Assembly: GCF_009914755.1 (NCBI RefSeq)
Contig: NC_060931.1
DNA length: 64,000 bases
Direction: 5' to 3' (one strand)
Source: the human T2T-CHM13v2.0 reference genome, Homo sapiens
The position numbers were made by a program, and so were the translations under genes. Position 1 is the stretch's first letter, and each line of letters begins with the position of its first letter. The notes under the pieces are model-generated. The model was given only the letters and a program-made list of their open reading frames with translations. It was not told the origin of the DNA and did no database searches. This document shows, piece by piece, positions 59,779 to 64,000 of this stretch.

Positions 59779-61649
59779 AAAAGCTCACTTCTGAACATCC
59801 TACAGTTATACAACTGGATCATCTACTGTGCTACTTTAAAGAGTTCAGATTCTAAATCATCAGCTGATTTATCAAAATATGTGATTCATATTCACAGATA
59901 ATGAGGAATAGTTTTATAAGCCAGTAGATAGATAGCAGCTTTCTGTCTATAATAACTAAAGACTTTCTCATTAACCGTTGTCAGATGATTAAGAAATTGT
60001 ATCAATATCTGTTGTCTTTTTGCTTCCCTTGATTAAAAGGGCCTACTAACAAGTTTGGCTTGCTGTGGTGGTTTCACATTGTTCTTTTAATGTCGAAGGT
60101 TAAACCCTCCTTTGCAAGATTATCATTATAAATAATATATTAAAATTTGTTTATTTTAATTAATGAAAATTTAAATAATCTTCATGATAAAGCTTAAACT
60201 TCTTTATTGGACTATAGTTCAGAAAAATCGTTCAAGCAGAGTCAAAAGTTTACTCATTCTAAAGTCAACATTTTTCTTAACAATGCCAATATTTACACTT
60301 CTGGATCCAGCAGCTGAAGTTGAACGTCTTTGTGTTTCCGATTATATGGGTTGTTTTTTGTTTTTCCATGTTAGGGCAACTTGTACTAGTTAAATTAAAA
60401 TGATACAACTGTCATAAACTTCAAAAATGTTGCACCCAATAACACTTTTTCTGAAAAGTACATTGGGTGTTCCTAACTGAAACTCTAGAGTCTAGCAGAC
60501 TGTAGATGATACTCTTAGGCCCTCACCTCGCAGCTAATTGCAAATTATGTTTATGGTGGATTTAAACTGTAGAGCGTTTACCCTCCCTTCTGAAAAGATA
60601 GTCAAATAGACATCTTCTAACCCAATGCCAGTAAGCAGATGACCAAATGACACATCCGTGACCAATCCATGCTCACCTTGTCTATCCCGCATGGCATGTG
60701 GCTCATCACACATGGCAACGTACTAAGTGCATGCTAAGAACCCATGCAATCCACTCTCATATTTCCTTTTCTGTTCTACTGTATTTATTAAAAACGCTTT
60801 TCATGACCTACTAACTTGATTTCAAGACCCGGTAACAGGTTGAAACCTACAGTTTGAAAATAGGGCAGGGCTGTGTTTGGGCTTGTGGTCAACATCGGGG
60901 TCACCAACTTCAGTTGGAGGGCCCGCTCCCTCACGTCCCCTCCCATGCCTGCCCCTTCACATCCAAGTGCTGTCCAGGGCACAGAGAGGCTGGCCCACTG
61001 GCCTTTCTCTTTCTATTCCCTCTTCACCCCTCAGTCCTCATTTCTCTCCTCCCTGACTCAGGAGAGCCAGAAACATTCCCAGCAAACACCACAGCTCTTA
61101 TGCCACCTCTTCCTGTGACTCCCGCTCTTTGAAAACACAGCTCATCTGCTTAAAGGAACCTAGCCAGCCCGGAAACTGTGTGAGGCTGGAGGGAAAGTCA
61201 TGTGACTGTGCCACATGAATCCTTTCTTTTGTTATTTAGCCACAAATCCAAAATGTGCATTTAACAGTACTAGAACATTTTACTGCATTCCTTAGGAAAT
61301 CTACATTGAACGTGTGTTTCAGAATTTCTCCTCTCTCCCCCAGAACACTGGCCCCCACTTGCCAGTCACTCAGATGACAGTCGCATGTCTGCCACACCTG
61401 ACCCATTCAAGTGGCACACCATTCTAGCTCATCGCCCTGGTGTATCTTCTCCATGGCAACAACCACTTCCTGACAGCTTCACTTTTGAGACAGTCACAAA
61501 CCCCATCTTGTTCAAGAACTCAGTCTTGTTCCCTGCCATACCCAGAACAGCAGATAGTAACAGGGACCCAAGAAAGATCTGCTGACTAATAAGGGTAAGT
61601 TGTACAATTAATGATGATTGGGTTAAATAATAAAATTCAATTCAAAATT

Positions 61650-63350
61650 TAAAATTTTAGAAAGACGTTTTGAGTCTTAAATCATCATAGAATTGTTTTT
61701 TTAAAAGCTGTACCTTCCATAAAAGCCAGAAGATCCTACTCTTTATTAAGAAAAATATAATTGAGCAATGTTCACGGTATATTAAAATAATCACATGTAG
61801 AATGGAAAACAATATTTACATTCTAAGCCATAATAAAAACATTAAAAGAAACTCATAATTCTTTAAACATCAAAGGGAAAATAGATGAAGACACATTCAT
61901 TCGAAACCCAAACAATTTGCAACAGAAGAGAGAAGACATAGCAGTAAATGTCAGTCATCCAATTCTCCTTTTCAAAATAATATTCAAAACCATTCTAATG
62001 AAAAAAAAAAATACCCAAGGCAAATAGAAAAGCTTTAAAAAGGGAGCTAGAAAAGAAAAAGACAGAATGGACAGATATAAAAACCAAACACAATGCAAAC
62101 AAAATAAAAGCAATGGTAGCAATGATAGTCAAGTGTCACTTAAAGCAAAGAAACAATAATCCAAATACTAAAAAGCATTGATAAAAGCATAATTGATAAT
62201 GAATAAAAACAGTATTATCCTCCAAACAGCAAAGTATCAAAATACAAAGAGCTAAAATTAGAAGCAAGTTTAATAAAAAGTTTACACTTCAATAAAAAGT
62301 TTACATTAAAAACAAACACTATGAGAGTCTCAAGGAGAAAACGAGGAAAACTAGTTGTTGCAGATGTTGGTCTATTATGTAGGACAAAGAAATAAAATTG
62401 GAATGAGTAATGAGAAGGCATTAATTGATATTTATGAAAAACAGGCATTTGCAAATATTTATAAACATTTGCAAAATTATTATTTTTTAAAAATACTAAA
62501 CCACAAAGAAGAGTAGTGCATTTTACAAAAATGCAAAGATCTCTGGAGTTGCAGAACACGGCCCCAAGGAAAAACCTGTTACATGCTGCCTCCTCCCAGC
62601 CTGCATGCAGCTGCAGACAGGACCCCAAATGTCCAGCACTGAGACAGGGACCGTAGGCCAATGTGCCAAGGGGCTCCATGCTACATCCAAATAAAGAAAA
62701 CCAGAAATTAGGAACATGTGTTTAAAAAAAAAAAAAAAAAAAAAAAAACGAAGGCACTTGAAAATTAAAAACAAGCTCTGGCCTAAATAAGTGGTTCAAG
62801 GAGGAAATAAAGATACAATACAGTCCTAGACAATTAGGACAATGCACACCCCCATGTGTCAAGACAAATAAAATGAAGCAAGAGAAATAAAAGAAGAAAA
62901 ACTCATGCCATGAAATGCATATTTTATAAAGACAAAATAAATGAACACCAACCCATCCATCTTGAACCAGAAAGAGGGAAATATACAGTCAAAAATCGGA
63001 AAGCAAAGCATGACAAAATTGAAATCCAAGAAATATAATAAAAGACAAATCTCTTAAATGTATAGTCAAAAAAACATACAAAATTTTAAACAATGAAATA
63101 CAATGATTTTTAATCACACAGTAATTTTTATGCACACCAGTAAAGAAATAAATTTTGAACATTACTGAAATTTTAATTTTTACAAAAAAAAAAACCCAAA
63201 TCAGAATCATCTAAAGTAAAAACACTTAAAATATAAACAGTGAAGATGAAACTGAGTAAAACCCAAACTCCACCCACCTACCAATATAAAGAAAGTGAAT
63301 GGACTTGGATGGAAGAACCAATCAATGACCATAATTTGTCAAGGGAAGGA
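61650..63350 (+). mobile_element. Highly degenerate A-rich old L1
   Basis: Long A-rich tract with faint L1 ORF1/ORF2-like phrases; inference from composition. Confidence 0.4.
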
Positions 63351-63423
63351 AAGAAAGATTCTGAAGCACCTGTTAATAACAGGCACTTGGCTCAGTGCTT
63401 TTTATGTATTTGTCTATGTGTAA

Positions 63424-63438
63424 ACACACGCGCACGCG

Positions 63439-63498
<60 letters not shown>
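63424..63498. repeat. Compound (CG)n/(CA)n microsatellite
   Basis: acacacgcgcacgcgcgcgcgcgc(ac)n seen directly. Confidence 0.97.
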
Positions 63499-63629
63499 GC
63501 ATCCATTCCCACTGATCACAACAAGAAAATGAAGTGCTGAGATGAAGGCCAAGGGCTGGTGATGGGACTCAATGAAGGAGACGAAGCTCAGTGCAGGAGT
63601 CCATGCTCTTAACCAGGATCCTACAAGTC

Positions 63630-63975
63630 CTAGGGTTTTCAAATGATGGTCCCCGGACATACAGCATGGGCATCACCCGGGTGCTTGTTAACACACAAAT
63701 TCTGGAGCCCAGACCCTGACCTACTAAACCAGAAACTCAGTGGAGGGGGTGTGGTCCCATAACATGTGTTTCTGCAAGCCCTTGCATGATTCTACTGCTG
63801 ACATAGTCCCAACTACTGGACTGCATATTACATCACTAGGGGGAAAGGGGAAGACTCTGCATGCCCAGGCTGCATCCCAGACCAAGGAAAATGAATCTCG
63901 GGGATGGGGAGGGGGTGGGGGGTAATAGTGTTAAAAGCTCCTCAGCTGTTTCCAAAGGTAAGCACCACCACTCTT
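63630..63975. mobile_element. MER5-type hAT fragments
   Basis: gcatcacccgggtgcttgttaacacacaaattctggagccc...cctactaaaccagaaactc. Confidence 0.65.
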
Positions 63976-64000
63976 TTCTTTAAATTACTGTTGGTTTCTA

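Overview
Human (primate) genomic DNA lying wholly inside the imprinted gene GRB10 (growth factor receptor-bound protein 10, chr7p12), which is transcribed on the minus strand. Three coding exons were recognised by translation: the start exon [17 protein letters not shown] (exon 53444-53540, CDS 53444-53494), an alternative start exon MQAAGPLFRSK (CDS 32047-32079) and the shared exon [29 protein letters not shown] (24993-25080). The promoters, the imprinted CpG island and all domain-coding exons lie outside the window. The rest is intron with about 13 Alus, several L1 fragments, five solo LTRs, MER2/MER44/MER53/MER58/MER5 DNA transposons, MIR/L2 relics and a purine/pyrimidine-skewed CCA/CCT repeat of about 850 bp. 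The ORFs in the supplied track are almost all non-coding artefacts. The most interesting structure is a set of cassette-like exons in the 28-kb intron (49062-48965, 47207-47185, 32162-32047, 26495-26312). Each would stop or frameshift the MALAG reading frame, turning the main AUG into a uORF and switching the protein N-terminus. An AUG-UAA start-stop element also sits just before a weak-context main AUG. No prokaryote-type system (CRISPR, operon) is present, and I cannot claim a wholly new system from sequence alone.
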